From contig OZ024746.1 of assembly GCA_964016885.1 (NCBI GenBank), forward strand, positions 1,860,001 to 1,924,000: a stretch of 64,000 bases of DNA, read 5' to 3'. Each line of letters opens with the position of its first letter. Position 1 is the first letter of the stretch. The notes under the pieces were generated by a model. It was not told the DNA's origin and did not search any database. It saw only the letters and a list, made by a program, of their open reading frames with translations. Both the position numbers and the translations under genes were made by a program. This DNA comes from Eledone cirrhosa (Eukaryota). This document shows, in pieces, positions 29,553-42,950 of this stretch.

Positions 29553-29665
29553 TAACCGTTGTCCTGGTTACTAATCAGATCAATACATCAATTTAAATTA
29601 AACTGATTTTAAATGTTATAAATAAACCAATGTATTGATCTGATTAGTAACTAGGACAACGGTTA
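29553..29665. repeat. near-perfect 36-bp inverted repeat (hairpin or tiny MITE)
   Basis: Arms at 29553-29588 and 29630-29665 differ by one mismatch; 41-nt AT-rich loop. Confidence 0.9.
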
Positions 29666-32579
29666 TAAATCTTTAAGTTTTCTTCAAATTGTGTTCACTC
29701 TTCTACCCCTTTTTCTATTTTGGTGTCATATAAACAATGGTAAATAAACAGATAAAACTGTTACTACAGGGTGGATAGTCATCCCTCATACCCTACAGAA
29801 GTTATGCTGTAGTGGCAGGGACTTAGAATCCAACTGGTGTACTGATTTCAGACAGAGATAGCAGTACCAGATGCTTAGGAGAAGGAAATACAAATATTCA
29901 GACATAGATAACATTGCAAGCAGCTCAATGATCGTCAATAAGGAAATGTGATAAGATGGAAGCAGATATGTAGCTAAGTATATAGAGACAGTTGATAAGA
30001 TGATAATCACAGCTATTACAAATCATGGAGATCAGACAGTTCAAAATATTACATATTCTCACTATCTTGGCTAAAGTTCAAACTGAAATAAGCAAAAAAT
30101 CTTATTCTATATATTTGGAAATGTCATTAAAACATAAAATAATAACTATTAACCTAATGACCCCCCCCCCCCCTCACGTTGGCTAGTCAATGTTAGCATG
30201 AGTCAGACATGTATATATTGAAAAACTATCTCCAAAGATGGAATTAATATTCCAAAAATTAGATATTTAATAATTAAAAGAAAAATACATTATCAGTTCT
30301 GTCGGTATAACTGAACAGGACTAGATAAGCTTTCATAAAGTTCAAAATCAATTTTTGTCTTTTTAAATAGGGAGGATATAGTTCAAAGTATATAACTTGA
30401 TTTCGGAGAAATGGTAAGTCAAAATCTAAATTCAGAATATAAAAGTATAAAACTAAATTCTGTAAGGTACTTTTTATATATATATATATTTTCAATATAT
30501 ACATTGTCCTTTCACATTTTAGTTTCAAATCTTGAAAGCTTATTTCAGAATTTAGAAAGAAAAAAATAAATATCTTACAGTATTTACTAAATATTATTTA
30601 TATATTTTCTAAGTTTCAACTAATTAACACACACATCTCTTCCTTATCAGGTTCTAAAATTAGAATACCTCTGAAGACATCTTTTTAAGACTTCCAACAC
30701 AGAGTGGATTGCAGCTTCTTGTTTTCCAATTTCACAGCACCCAAGTGATATTTAACCAGTTTGATACCAAACCACCTGAAACTGCTCCTGGTTCTCTCAT
30801 ACAAAGCTATTTCAAAGCATATGTTTATCTAAAAACCTCCCATAATAGTTTTATGTAAGAACCTTTGTTAAGTTGAGTTCCAAACACCAGTTTAGTAATG
30901 AGGAAGTACATTATATTTCTAAATCTCTCCAAATTCTTGATTATTTTCAAAATGCTATATTTCCAAAATTTGAAATATGGTAACAAAAGGGTTAAACAGG
31001 TTTACAATATAACCATAGTACCAGTTCTCTCTAGTAATCTCTATCTTTTAGTGGAACTATATATTTCCAGTGTCTGCTGACCAAATAAAAGCTTTATGAA
31101 CATTTACATATGCATGTGTTGTGTGTTTTCTTTTATTGTTTTAGTGGTTTCAGCCAGATATATCTAACTTTCATCTTTGTAATAATTTGTAGACTTGTAG
31201 CCCAACCCATAAACAATCTTATGACTCAAGCCAAGTAAAACCTCTACACCATCATTTCACCTACTAGAAATAACCAAATTTCCCTTAAATCACAGCCATC
31301 TTTAAAAAAGACAAGACAGTCATAACTGGGAACCGTTTTTATCATAAGTCTACTCAGACAGGGCTGATCTAGAAATAAATAACAGCGACATATTACCAAA
31401 CTAGTTTCCTAAAGTAATATTTATCTGACTGGATTCATAGAATAGTTACCAGCATTGCAATAAAAGCACCTCATAGCCCCAATCTACTAAGCTAGAAATA
31501 GATACTATGAAGAAGTACAATTCAGTTACAGACAGTGAGTGTACTGTATGCTTAATAAAATGTTTGCAGTTGAAATCATTCCAGCGACTAAGAGAAAACA
31601 ATATTTTTTCAGAGAAGACAATATTAAATCTTCTGTTCTGAAATCAGCAGGTTTGATCACTAAAGAAAAGATAACTCTAATAATAATCAACAAATTTATC
31701 AGTTTTAATCTGAAAGTAATTTAATAAAAGTTACTGAAAAACAGACAACTATTCAAATTAAGAACACATAGCTTAACAGTAGTTACATGCCTTCATCTGA
31801 ATATAAAATCTGTATTATAGAAAATCTGTATTATAGAAAAAGCTCAGAGGAAGTATTATGAGATGAATTACTTAAAATAATGAGTGAAAGATTGCAAAAC
31901 TGGATGTCTTGTAACAAATGAAATAATATTTAACATTCAATAACATTCTTGTGTTAGTTGTTTTCCCCACCCACTCTAAAACAGAATTCTGGCTGGATAC
32001 AGCTGCTTTAAATGAAGCACAAGCGAACCCTTTTTATACCAAACTGCCTAATACAGCGCTTGGTTCTGTGATATAAAGCTGACCATTTCAAAATACTTAA
32101 ATATACTCAAAAGTTTATTTAAGAATCTTCTGTTAAGTAATGTTCAAAACATTAGCTTACTAATGAAAAAGTTATTTTACTATATTTCTCAAAGATTTTA
32201 ATTATTTTCAAAATTATTTGAAACACAATGGCAATGTGTTTCAATATAAATATGGTAATGACCTATGGTAATAACCTTTGTTAAAATAAAATCAACCAGA
32301 TTCATAAATGAAAATACAACAGGAACAACGAAGAAATTATAATAAGCTAATTAACATTCCACAGGTTTAGTAAGAAATGAATAGGAACTGTTCAAACAAG
32401 GTAATCAACTGCAAGGCAGGTAACAGGTAAATAACACTCAAATAAGCTTTGGAATGTTCAACTAGAAAATACTTTCTTCAAACAGGAAATATGTTAATAT
32501 CATATTTAATAAGTAAACAATGTATTTTAAGATGTCAGTCAATCATTTCTAATGAGTATATATCTATTGAGTAGAAATA

Positions 32580-32622
<43 letters not shown>

Positions 32623-32689
32623 TGGTAGTAAAGGTACCAGTAAAATAAACCTTTTCCAATCCCAGTTGGTTGATTGCTTCGGTTGGCAA

Positions 32690-33245
32690 GATGGCTGAAC
32701 ATTAAGTTGTTCTGAAAGCATAGTCACCAAAATAAGAACAGGATGGAAAAAGTTCACAAAGCTACTACCTCTGTTGACAACAAAGGTATTTTCTCTCCAG
32801 GCAAAGGGTAGATTGTATGATGCCTGTATGCACAGTTGCATGGTCATGAGATATGGCTAATGAACATAGAGGATGTGTGAAGGCTAGAGAGAAACAAAGC
32901 ATGTCCTGATGAATGTGTTATGTTAGTGTGAATGATCGATGTTAGATGAACTGAGAGAATAACTGAGCATCAGAGGAATCAGATGTAATGAGTATGGCAG
33001 AAAATAGCACTGGCATGGGCATATGATGTGTATGGATGATGATCATTGGGTGAAGAAGTGCCAGGAAATTCTAGTGGAAGGAAGCAGCAAAATAGGAAGA
33101 CATGGGCAGAGGTGTTAAAAGTTGATCTCAAAATGCTAAGCCTCATAGAGGTGACAAAGGAATGCAATATAGAAAGAAGCTGTGCTGTAGAAGATCCATT
33201 CAACACATGCAAGCACGGAAAAATGGATGGAAAGATGGTGATTGT
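32690..33245 (+). mobile_element. degenerate RTE LINE 3' fragment
   Basis: SESIVTKIRTGWKKFTKLLPLLTTKVFSLQAKGRLYDACM...RKTWAEVLKVDL; same family as 62057-63196. Confidence 0.8.
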
Positions 33246-33277
33246 GAAACATACACACACGCATATATATGCGTGTA

Positions 33278-33620
33278 TATACAAGGATGGGCTGAAAATT
33301 TCATAGGCTAATTATAAACAAGTGATGCTAGAGCTGTGAAATCTTGCATGCATTAATTTCAACTCTTAATAATTGCCTTGTTTCTTTCCAGGTAAACTGA
33401 TATCTGACTGTTCAAAGAAGACTTAAAAATAACTAGTAGCAATTTCTCTTGAAAATTGACAAAATTTGGCATCGTGGTGTTATCAAGTTCCTGTAGAAAA
33501 CGGTTTTAGCCCACAACAACATTATCAACAGTGTAAAAGTGGGCAGCTGAATTCAAGAAGGGAAGGAAGAGTCATAAAGATGACTCAAGGTTTGGACGTC
33601 CCTCAACTACTACCACCGTG
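33278..33620 (+). mobile_element. mariner-type DNA transposon 5' fragment
   Basis: TA followed by CAAGGATGGGCTGAAAATTTC TIR-like start. Decayed N-terminal HTH: DKIWHRGVIKFL...KWAAEFKKGRKS.KDDSRFGRPST. Confidence 0.75.
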
Positions 33621-34005
33621 AATTACTGGTGGTGTACCAATATGAGCACTCAATGCAGAGAGAAAATAAGGACAAAACAATGAAGATATGACTACTGTTT
33701 ATGAAATAGAAGCCTCAGCTGTGAAAAGAATGAAGTTCTTAAAAAATAACTATCCTATGATTCTATGTACAGAAGTATATTACTCCAGTAACACTATATC
33801 ATATAAAAGTTAGAAGACAGCTGGAATGGTCAGTCTAATTTGTATGATGTGCCGACATCTGGCAATGTAATTAGATATATAATAGTTATGCTAGAACACA
33901 GGGTATAATTTGAAGATTTTATGATTAACTTAACTTAACGTAGATATGACTACATACATACATATATATACAAACACATGCATATGCATACACACATACA
34001 TACAG

Positions 34006-34043
<38 letters not shown>

Positions 34044-35388
34044 CCAAGCAAGCATGGAAAAACAGGCATAAAAACGATTATAAACATATATATATATATA
34101 TATATATATTATGATAATGATATTAATAACTATGTAATATGATTCTATAACTAACTTTTTCTCTTCTATGTTCACAAACTGATGATAGTAATTATCTGTA
34201 ATAAGATATTGAACAGTTAAAACAATACCTATTATCTTATTATCTATGGTTATTGGAAACTATAAAATTGACAGCAGGCTTTGCAGTTAGATCGATGGTA
34301 AAAAAACTTTCAGGAGAGCTGGACAGCAGAAGGTCTTTAGAGAAGAAACCCTTCTCAAGCAAGTGTTTTGGCCCTTAACATCTTACAGTTTAAGGGGGCC
34401 AGGCCACATTCCAGGTCATGACTCCTGAGTGCCCTTCTGCTGTCATTTAGTCATTCAGAAATTGGAGACTTGCTGTGTATTGAAGTTGTATGGAGAGAAG
34501 ATATAATACTGCATTGTTCTACAGGACAATATATAAAACAAGGGTCTCAAATTCAAAGGGTCATTACATCCTGGGGAAGAGGCACAGCGGACCAAAAGTG
34601 AAATATGAGAATTAGTACAAAATGTAAGGTGACAAATTTTCCATTTCAAATGTTCTGTGGCAATCTATAGAAAAGTAGTTTGTGGGCAACATGTTTGAGA
34701 TTCCTGATATAGAACTACATTATCCATTGTAATGATGAAACCTGATTCAATAATCAAGAATTATTTTTCACCAGTTATTCAATTAGTTTTATTTATAACA
34801 AAGTTAATGCATGACGGGTCCTTAACTCCAATCTTCTCTTTAAATGCGCTGAAGACAAGCAAAGTACGATGGCTGGAGGGGATTTAAACACAAGGAGGAG
34901 TCTCATACGTGTTTTATTTTTCATAGAACATGTAAACACAGGAAGACTGTTAGTGATTATTACAGCTATAACAGAGTGTAACCAAAAGTTGTGTATTTGA
35001 AAAGACATCTTGATATTTCCTTTAGAAGATGGTAACAATGGTAACAAGACTACCACTCAGAGAAAACAATGTTCTTCAACTAGTCTAGGTACAAAAATAC
35101 TGTCATTGTTCATTGAAATATTACTAAGACCTGAAACTGATAAAACTTAATCAGCATTAGTGTGAAATAAGAACTAATGTGTGAACTGTCCAGTATAACA
35201 TTGCACTATATTTACAGTGACACAAAACAATCAGTTATACATGATATCACATTAGTATTATAGAGTCTATTGAAACAATAAACAAACCAAAAGCAATATA
35301 TATTTATAGAAAGAGAGCAAGAAAGGAAGAGGAATTAGAAAGCACACCATGCTTAAGTAACTATTGTTATTGAAACTGTAACACAAAA

Positions 35389-35676
35389 CTAAATAGTTAA
35401 TAGGTTACAGTGGTGGTGAATCACAACTGAATAAGAAAGTTTCTTTTTTAAAATCACATTAGAAGCTAAGTTGATTGACTCATCCTCGTCAAAGTCTGAG
35501 TCAGACTCAGTGAGTGCCACAGCAGAGTAAGAATTCAGTTCATCGGAGGGTATAAGTGTTGATGGTTGTTTTGACTCTGTGGGTTTACTGGAATGCTCCA
35601 AGCCAAAATCATTGGATTCCATGGAACACCCAGAATCCATGTCAGTTGATTTCATTGGGCATTCAGTGTTTGAGTC
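35389..35676 (-). CDS. candidate alternative (probably terminal) RASSF exon, Ser/acidic-rich
   Basis: ttttcactccacag|GAC acceptor in phase 0. Open for 95 codons: DSNTECPMKSTDMDSGCSMESNDF...TESDSDFDEDES...*. No repeat similarity recognised and no transcript evidence. Confidence 0.45.
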   Translation of the reverse strand, partial: DSNTECPMKSTDMDSGCSMESNDFGLEHSSKPTESKQPSTLIPSDELNSYSAVALTESDSDFDEDESINLASNVILKKKLSYSVVIHHHCNLLTI

Positions 35677-36263
35677 CTGTGGAGTGAAAAAGTTACCAAA
35701 AATATTATGTCCTATAATGCCTAATCATAAACATGACAATATTCCAAACAATAAGCATTTAACAGCATTTAGTAAGGATATTTTTTTAATTTGTGTGACA
35801 CAGTGTTGCTGTTTTGTTTATGTTTCAAGTACAACATTGCTTTATCTAAAGACATCAATAATTTATCTCCATTCTCTATTATACATTTTTCAATAAAAGT
35901 TTACAGATTCTGCAAAAAGAGAAGTGATAGAATTTAAGTGTACATGAAAGACAAACCAATATTTCATACTAAAAAAATCTGCATTCAGTGAAAATCCAAA
36001 AGACACAAAAGGTATTTAGAAATCATCATCATCATCATCATCATCATTTAACGTCTATCTTCCATGCTAGTATGGGTTTGACAATTACAACAGTGATATA
36101 CATAGCTATCATCATCATCATGAGATGTTAAACGGCGATGATGATGATGATGATGATGATGATGATAGCTAGTCATTTTGTCTGTTCAATTGTAACAATC
36201 TAAGGTTTGATACTAAATAGTTAATGCTTGTACAACAGTCACATGAAATTAAGAATGAATTAA

Positions 36264-36480
36264 CCCTTTAGTATTTACATTACTCTATATATACTGTGAT
36301 ATTTTTGTGGTAAAGGCTTTATCTTATATAATTATTTCACATAATATTGAATCTATGAGATTTTGATATCTATTTTGAGAACAATACCTTAACATCAGTA
36401 TGAGTGGTCGGTTACAGCCAGTTTGAACAGAAAGAGTTAAGAGAATTCTGGCTGGATATGGCCTGTTTAATGTAAAAGGG
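36264..36480. mobile_element. TTAA piggyBac-type MITE (family P2)
   Basis: TTAA|CCCTTTAGTATTTA ... TAATGTAAAAGGG|TTAA. Sister copies at 40853-41310 and 48046-48252. Confidence 0.8.
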
Positions 36481-36676
36481 TTAAATACAAAATACAGGTA
36501 TTCTCTCTCTCACACACGTGTATAAATAGTATACATATGCATACTGTTTAAAACACATTGAAACATCGATATAGATACAAAAACTTGATTGTTCAATAGT
36601 AATAATCTCAAGATCCCTAAATTTGTATTATTTGTTGCATGGGTCAACAACAGACCTATAACCTATAAATGGATGA

Positions 36677-37755
36677 CATCATCATCATCATCAACGTTTA
36701 ACGTCCGTGTTCCACGCTTGCATGGGTTTGGACGGGGGTTTTCCCACTTGAGGCAAGAGTGATTGTCTTGCTCGCATAGGACTGTCTGGCGGGTTTTCTA
36801 CAGCTGGATGCCCTTCCTAACACCAACCACATTTACAGTGTGGGGCTGGGAGGTTTTTACCGTGTTGCCTACACGGCCACATTACAGCGTGGACTGTGTG
36901 TTTTTTTGTCGTGACACCTACACGATCTCATTTGTTTCGGCCTGGATGTTGTGGCACCAACATAACTTTACATTGAAAGGGGCGGTGTGGATGGGGGGGG
37001 GGGGGGGGTATTTTGTTAGAGATGCCTACTGACTGTAGTAGGTTTTACTTTGTATTTAGGTAAGGCGGGTCTTCTCTATTACTGAGTACCGCCAAAGGTC
37101 TCGGTCCAGTGACATTGTCTAGGAGAAGTGTAAGTGTGTGAGGTCGAAATTTATCAGCTCGTCCCAGGTTTTTCTGGGTCTGCCTACTCCGTAGCTACCG
37201 TCTATCTTTATTGCCCTGCACTTTGTTATACAGCTGTCGTCTTTCATGCGCATCACGTGACCATACCAACGTAGCCTTCTCTCGAGTAAACATCTAATTA
37301 TTTCTAATTTTTTCCTTAGTTCGCTTATGCTTTGCCGTTCACGTATGTTACTATTACACATCCAGCGGAGCATGCAAGCTTCGTTCCTCTCTAGTCTGCA
37401 TATATCCTCTGCACACAATGCCCAGGTCTCACTGCCATGCAACATTGCTGTTCGTATGCAGGCATCATACAGCCTGCCTTTCATTTTTAGGGAGAACCCT
37501 TTAGCGGCTAATAGTGGTATAAGCTCTCTGAACTTTTTCCATCCAGTTCTGACTCTAGCTACTGTACTTTCAGAGCACCCTCCCCCACTGCTGATTTTGT
37601 CACCCAGGTAATGGAAGCTGTCCACTATTTCTATAGAACCCTCTGCGCAGTTGAAGGAGCTAGTATTTTGTGGGCACTTGCTGCTACTTACTGCACCAGA
37701 GCACCGACCACATATAAAATCTATGTTCTTAGTTAGCTTACCTGATGCACAACAT
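36677..37755 (-). mobile_element. 5'-truncated RTE-clade LINE with (GAT)n tail
   Basis: ORF 37119-37769 contains VDSFHYLGD..RVRTGWKKFREL..RLYDACIRTAMLHGSETW..RRLRWYGHVMR..GRPRKTW. (CAT)n at 36677-36692 is the tail. Confidence 0.93.
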
Positions 37756-37999
37756 AATATACTGTACATTTATCTACCTTGATATGAAGTAGTTTATTGT
37801 AAAGTAAATAAGTTGAGGGTTTTGTGTATTAAATGGTGTACATAAGAAATTCTTAAATGAAATTTTCTTCTTAATAGGAGAAAACAAAAACCCAGTTAAA
37901 ATTGTTAAACCCCAGCCAAAGAGTAATTATAAGAAATTAAGAATTAATCTCTCAATGTTAATTTATATGTTTAGAGGACTTATTAGACTTCATCGGCAT

Positions 38000-39036
38000 A
38001 GTGTATTATACTCAAGTGTAATATACTCAAGTGTATTATACTCAAGTGTATTATACTCAAGTGTAATATACTCAAGTGTAATATACTCAAGTGTAATATA
38101 CTCAAGTGTAATATACTCAAGTGTAATATACTCAAGTGTAATATACTCAAGTGTAATATACTCAAGTGTAATATACTCAAGTGTAATATACTCAAGTGTA
38201 ATATACTCAAGTGTAATATACTCAAGTGTAATATACTCAAGTGTAATATACTCAAGTGTAATATACTCAAGTGTAATATACTCAAGTGTAATATACTCAA
38301 GTGTAATATACTCAAGTGTAATATACTCAAGTGTAATATACTCAAGTGTAATATACTCAAGTGTAATATACTCAAGTGTAATATACTCAAGTGTAATATA
38401 CTCAAGTGTAATATACTCAAGTGTAATATACTCAAGTGTAATATACTCAAGTGTAATATACTCAAGTGTAATATACTCAAGTGTAATATACTCAAGTGTA
38501 ATATACTCAAGTGTAATATACTCAAGTGTAATATACTCAAGTGTAATATACTCAAGTGTAATATACTCAAGTGTAATATACTCAAGTGTAATATACTCAA
38601 GTGTAATATACTCAAGTGTAATATACTCAAGTGTAATATACTCAAGTGTAATATACTCAAGTGTAATATACTCAAGTGTAATATACTCAAGTGTAATATA
38701 CTCAAGTGTAATATACTCAAGTGTAATATACTCAAGTGTAATATACTCAAGTGTAATATACTCAAGTGTAATATACTCAAGTGTAATATACTCAAGTGTA
38801 ATATACTCAAGTGTAATATACTCAAGTGTAATATACTCAAGTGTAATATACTCAAGTGTAATATACTCAAGTGTAATATACTCAAGTGTAATATACTCAA
38901 GTGTAATATACTCAAGTGTAATATACTCAAGTGTAATATACTCAAGTGTAATATACTCAAGTGTAATATACTCAAGTGTAATATACTCAAGTGTAATATA
39001 CTCAAGTGTAATATACTCAAGTGTAATATACTCAAG
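38000..39036. repeat. 15-bp minisatellite CTCAAGTGTAATATA (~69 copies)
   Basis: Essentially perfect after the first few units. Confidence 0.98.
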
Positions 39037-40696
39037 CCTATTTCACCAGTTGACAAAGATTTTTAATGACTGAAAAAATACAATAACAAATACAAGCCAA
39101 CCTACTCATTCTGAGTAGGTTGGCATCAAAAGGGTTCATTAGATCTAAAGTTAGAATTCCGCATCTACCAAACTACTTCTTTCCTATGCAGATTTAGCTG
39201 GCCTCCTCCAAAGTATATCTTGTTGGAGGTGTCTTGGGTGATTTAATGATAGGGACCCCAGTCCTATTATTTCATTTCTACAGCTGAGTAAACTGGAGCA
39301 ATGTGAAATAAAGTGTCTTGCTCAAGGAAACAACACATCTCCCAGTCCGAGAATTGAACTCACAACCTTTCGATTGCAAGCCCAAATATTCTAAGGAGGT
39401 TCTATTAGAATTACTTATTTACTCTACAGAAAATTTATCTGTAAAGTTCTACTACATGGAAATCAAAATACATGACTTAAACAGCCTACCAATGTGATTA
39501 AAAGGAACCAGAGATGTCAAGAACTATCACAGAAACCAAATAGAGATAAAGATTTAATAAATGTAAACCAAAAGAGTTAACTAATGTCAGCAAAGAAAAC
39601 ATACATAAAACTGATATCAACAAATATCCTCCATATTTATTTTTTATCAAACTTTTCAATAAACATTGAAAAAAAATCTAAGTATCCACACGATTGTTTA
39701 TATATAACTGGTAGGAATAAACATAGTGATGTAGTATAGAAGTCATCAGAAACACCTAAACATGTTCTTTGACAGTCACAAATATTCCATAAAGAGTTGA
39801 AAAGGCTACTGATGGATGTAGGCATTTTCACCATTTTATTTCCACCAACATAAACCAGCAACGCAGTATAAATATAACCACATAACTACTAAATGATTAA
39901 AAGTTATATTCCATGAGATCAACACTCATATACTGAAACCTACTCAATGTCATCTTTATGTCTAGATTATTCCAGTCATTCTGGTTGTCCCCAGCAACCA
40001 AGTAAACAGTTGCTGGAGAAATAAATGCATCACACTTAGAAGCCAACAGCAGAGCTATTTACATAGGTAAAAGTCAAGATCAAGTTACCAAACACAGAAC
40101 TATATTTAGGGCATACCACTCTCCTAATTTGTCTTGAGAATCTGAATCACTAGGAGAGAGAGGGGGGGGGGGGTTTCAGCAGCTAACAACTTCAACAGAA
40201 ATGTCAGTTCTTCAAGTTAACATTGTCAGTCTTTCAGCTGGATATTGATAGTAAATCAAAACCCTGACAGTTAATGTACACTAACTCTAGTGCCAGATAA
40301 TAATAAAGTGGGGACCAATATAAAGTTATATAAACATGGATTACATTTAAAAATAAATATTACTTTCACACACACACACTTTTACAGCTGTTCTCCATGC
40401 TTGGGTGGGTTGGATGGTTATGCAATTTCAGAAATTTTAACAGGTTGTTGGAACAGGTGTTAGACAGTTAGATGCCCTTCTGAGTGTTCATTCAAGTACT
40501 ACATACAAAAAATATACTTTCTCCAGATATTAAAAAGAGAAAGAATTGGGTTTTCTAAAGCAATATAAATATGAAATCTTTATTTTCCAACCATCAATGT
40601 AACTAAGCAATACAACCATTATACCACAATAGGAACCTTCAACTATAGCAGTAAGATACTGAGGGTGATAAACATTATATAATAGGATACATTTAA

Positions 40697-41389
40697 CCTT
40701 TTCATCACCACATTTCTAACAAAACACACTATTTTAATTAATTAATGAAGAATTTTGAGGTGATTTATTAAAATTATTAATTATTTCATTACTAATATAA
40801 TAAATTAATGTATAGTTCTTATATAAAATTATATTGAAAGATCTTAATTTAACCCTTTAGCATTTAAACCGGCCATATCAAGGCCAGAATACACTGCCCT
40901 CTTTCAATTCAAACCAGCTGTAACTGACCACTCATACTGATGTTAAGGTATTTTTCTCAAAATATATAATATTAAAATCTCATAGATTCAATGTTATGTG
41001 AGATATTATGTAAGGTAAAGTTTTACTGAGAAAATACAATAGTATATATAGAGTAATGTAAATGTGAGGTAAACCCTTTACTGAGAAAATACAATAGTAT
41101 ATATAGAGTAATGTAAATGTGAGGTAAACCCTTTATTGAGAAAATACAATAGTATATATAGAGTAATGTAAATGTTATGTGATATATTATGTGAGGTAAA
41201 GCCTTTACTGTGAAAATACAATAGTATATATAGAGTAATGTAAATGTTATGTGAGATATTATGTGAGGTAAAGCCTTTACTGTGAAAATACAATAGTATA
41301 TGCTAAAGGGTTAAATTGGAAACCGTTAAAATGGATAATTTTATTTCATAGAACCAGAGCTGGTTTTGGCCAGGTTGGTAACTAAAGGG
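40697..41389. mobile_element. nested MITEs: family P2 (40853-41310) inserted at a TTAA inside family P1
   Basis: Inner element TTAA|CCCTTTAGCAT...ATGCTAAAGGG|TTAA. Removing it restores a sequence matching the reverse complement of 24903-25133. Confidence 0.82.
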
Positions 41390-41626
41390 TTAAATATTAG
41401 TTTATCATAAATGCCAAGTTTAAATGACAGATCTATGTTTATAAACATTGTAGAAAAAGAGTAAAAGGAATTAAAAAAATACTAAAACTTTGCCAGGCCT
41501 TCTTCCCCTCAACTGTCCCTGATTTCTCTAAATACTAATCAACAATAATTAAAACTAAACATTAATCTAACCTCATCTAATTATTCTTACTTTTACCTCC
41601 TAATCAGAACACCTAGAAAATATATA

Positions 41627-42866
41627 TATGACTTTGGTCCCTTCCTTCCTTTAGGATATCTCTGTCACAACATATGACTTTGGTCCCTTCCTTCCCTTTA
41701 GGATATCTCTGTCACAACATATGACTTTGGTCCCTTCCTTGCCTTTAGGATATCTCTGTCACAACATATGACTTTGGTCCCTTCCTTCCCTTTAGGATAT
41801 CTCTGTCACAACATATGGCTTTGGCCCCTTCCTTCCTTTAGGATATCTCTGTCACAACATGACTTTGGTCCCTTCCTTCCTTTAGGATATCTCTGTCACA
41901 ACATATGGCTTTGGTCCCTTCCTTGCTTTAGGATATCTCTGTCACAACATGACTTTGGTCCCTTCCTTCCCTTTAGGATATCTCTGTCACAACATATGAC
42001 TTTGGTCCCTTCCTTGCTTTAGGATATCTCTGTCACAACATATGGCTTTGGTCCCTTCCTTCCATTTAGGATATCTCTGTCACAACATATGACTTTGGTC
42101 CCTTCCTTGCTTTAGGATATCTCTGTCACAACATATGGCTTTGGTCCCTTCCTTCCCTTTAGGATATCTCTGTCACAACATGACTTTGGTCCCTTCCTTC
42201 CCTTTAGGATATCTCTGTCACAACATATGACTTTGGTCCCTTCCTTGCTTTAGGATATCTCTGTCACAACATATGGCTTTGGTCCCTTCCTTCCCTTTAG
42301 GATATCTCTGTCACAACATATGACTTTGGTCCCTTCCTTGCTTTAGGATATCTCTGTCACAACATATGGCTTTGGTCCCTTCCTTCCCTTTAGGATATCT
42401 CTGTCACAACATGACTTTGGTCCCTTCCTTCCCTTTAGGATATCTCTGTCACAACATATGGCTTTGGTCCCTTCCTTGCTTTAGGATATCTCTGTCACAA
42501 CATATGACTTTGGCCCCTTCCTTCCCTTAAGGATATCTCTGTCACAACATATGACTTTGGCCCCTTCTTTCCCTTAAGGATATCTGTCACAACATATGGC
42601 TTTGGTCCCTTCCTTGCCTTTAGGATATCTCTGTCACAACATGACTTTGGTCCCTTCCTTGCCTTTAGGATATCTCTGTCACAACATGACTTTGGTCACT
42701 TCCTTCCCTTAAGGATATCTGTCACAACATATGGCTTTGGTCCCTTCCTTCCCTTTAGGATATCTCTGTCACAACATATGACTTTAGTCCCTTCCTTCCC
42801 TTTAGGATATCTCTGTCACAACATATGACTTTGGTCCCTTCCTTCCTTTAGGATATCTCTGTCACA
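41627..42866. repeat. 44-47-bp minisatellite (~27 copies)
   Basis: Unit ATATGACTTTGGTCCCTTCCTTCCCTTTAGGATATCTCTGTCACAAC. Confidence 0.96.
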
Positions 42867-42950
42867 ATTTTCCCTATTAACACGATATGGTACATGGACA
42901 TTCAGACACTGTTGAAATAATTGTGCCCCTCTCATTGTTAATTTCTTTGC

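Noticed and set aside
37955-39073. 372/357-aa (YSSVI)n and (LSILH)n ORFs
   Set aside because: Artefact of a 15-bp tandem unit that happens to lack stops.
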